Source: Planctomycetota bacterium (lineage in GTDB: Bacteria > Planctomycetota > UBA11346). From it: a stretch of 64,000 nucleotides of DNA. The translations under genes and the position numbers were made by a program. Shown piece after piece: positions 63,775-64,000 of the stretch. The stretch spans positions 757 to 64,756 of the forward strand of contig JBIILZ010000003.1 of assembly GCA_044338255.1 (NCBI GenBank), given 5' to 3'. Within the stretch, counting starts at the first letter, position 1; every line of letters begins with the position of its first letter. The notes beneath the pieces are model-generated. The model saw nothing but the letters and a program-made list of their open reading frames with translations, did not search any database and was not told the origin of the DNA.

Positions 63775-64000
63775 TTAGACGGCGGCGGCGGCCACGGCTT
63801 CGGCCGTGAGGCGCGTAATCTCGTCCCAGTTACCGGCCTTGACCAGGGCGTTGGCGACGATCCACGAACCGCCGATGGCGAGCACGCCGGGCGTCGCGAG
63901 GTATTCGGGCATGTTCTTGAGCTCGATTCCACCGGTGGGGATGAAGCGGATGCCGCGGTGCTGATACGGCGCATACAGCGCCTTGATCATGGCCGTGCCA
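63775..64000 (-). CDS. eda: KDPG/KHG aldolase, C-terminal part (5' end outside window)
   Basis: FIPTGGIELKNMPEYLATPGVLAIGGSWI is the conserved Eda C-terminal region. The frame continues to the window edge. Confidence 0.8.
   Translation of the reverse strand, partial: GTAMIKALYAPYQHRGIRFIPTGGIELKNMPEYLATPGVLAIGGSWIVANALVKAGNWDEITRLTAEAVAAAAV

Overview
This is a visibly GC-rich chromosomal window with strong G/C preference at third codon positions. It comes from a flagellated diderm bacterium, shown by Lgt, TolC/RND efflux, beta-barrel OMP, MotAB and FlgBC-FliE genes. The taxon cannot be fixed from sequence alone. The scattered small flagellar operons, an FGE-domain Ser/Thr kinase and a sulfatase-fold enzyme are reminiscent of the PVC group, but that is a guess.

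Most of the window is core metabolism:
- a complete F1Fo ATP synthase operon (atpI-B-E-F-H-A-G-D-C, minus strand, 1.4-8.8 kb);
- lgt, rplS, yraN, ssb, nrdR, gph, aat and a truncated haemoglobin;
- a six-gene fatty-acid beta-oxidation and lipid-remodelling cluster (26.5-36.7 kb);
- motAB, an M16 peptidase, a polyprenol-phosphate glycosylation trio (LtaS-like, GT2-GtrA, GT39/ArnT-like) and rlmI;
- flgB-flgC-fliE, an OMF-MFP-RND efflux operon, and an FAD-oxidoreductase/SDR/eda cluster at the right edge.

The only clearly accessory stretch is about 3.6 kb between tRNA-Pro(UGG) and tRNA-Ser(GGA). It holds an inverted tRNA-Pro fragment, a hairpin-dense non-coding block and a GNAT gene. It also holds a paiB gene split by a 162-bp MITE-like element, a frameshifted cupin gene and a class II Fic gene.

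I found no CRISPR array, integrase, transposase, reverse transcriptase or recognisable defence system, and I do not claim one. The most notable observations are:
- the TA-flanked MITE, whose in-silico excision restores paiB;
- a lipoprotein made of 20 gap-free 18-residue repeats;
- a translationally coupled Ser/Thr-kinase(FGE)/beta-barrel/FecR-domain module;
- an ATP-cone, NrdD-N-terminus-like protein coupled to nrdR;
- an unusually high density of short tandem repeats, two of which duplicate or carry stop codons.

The many long antisense ORFs in the track are GC-driven shadow ORFs.
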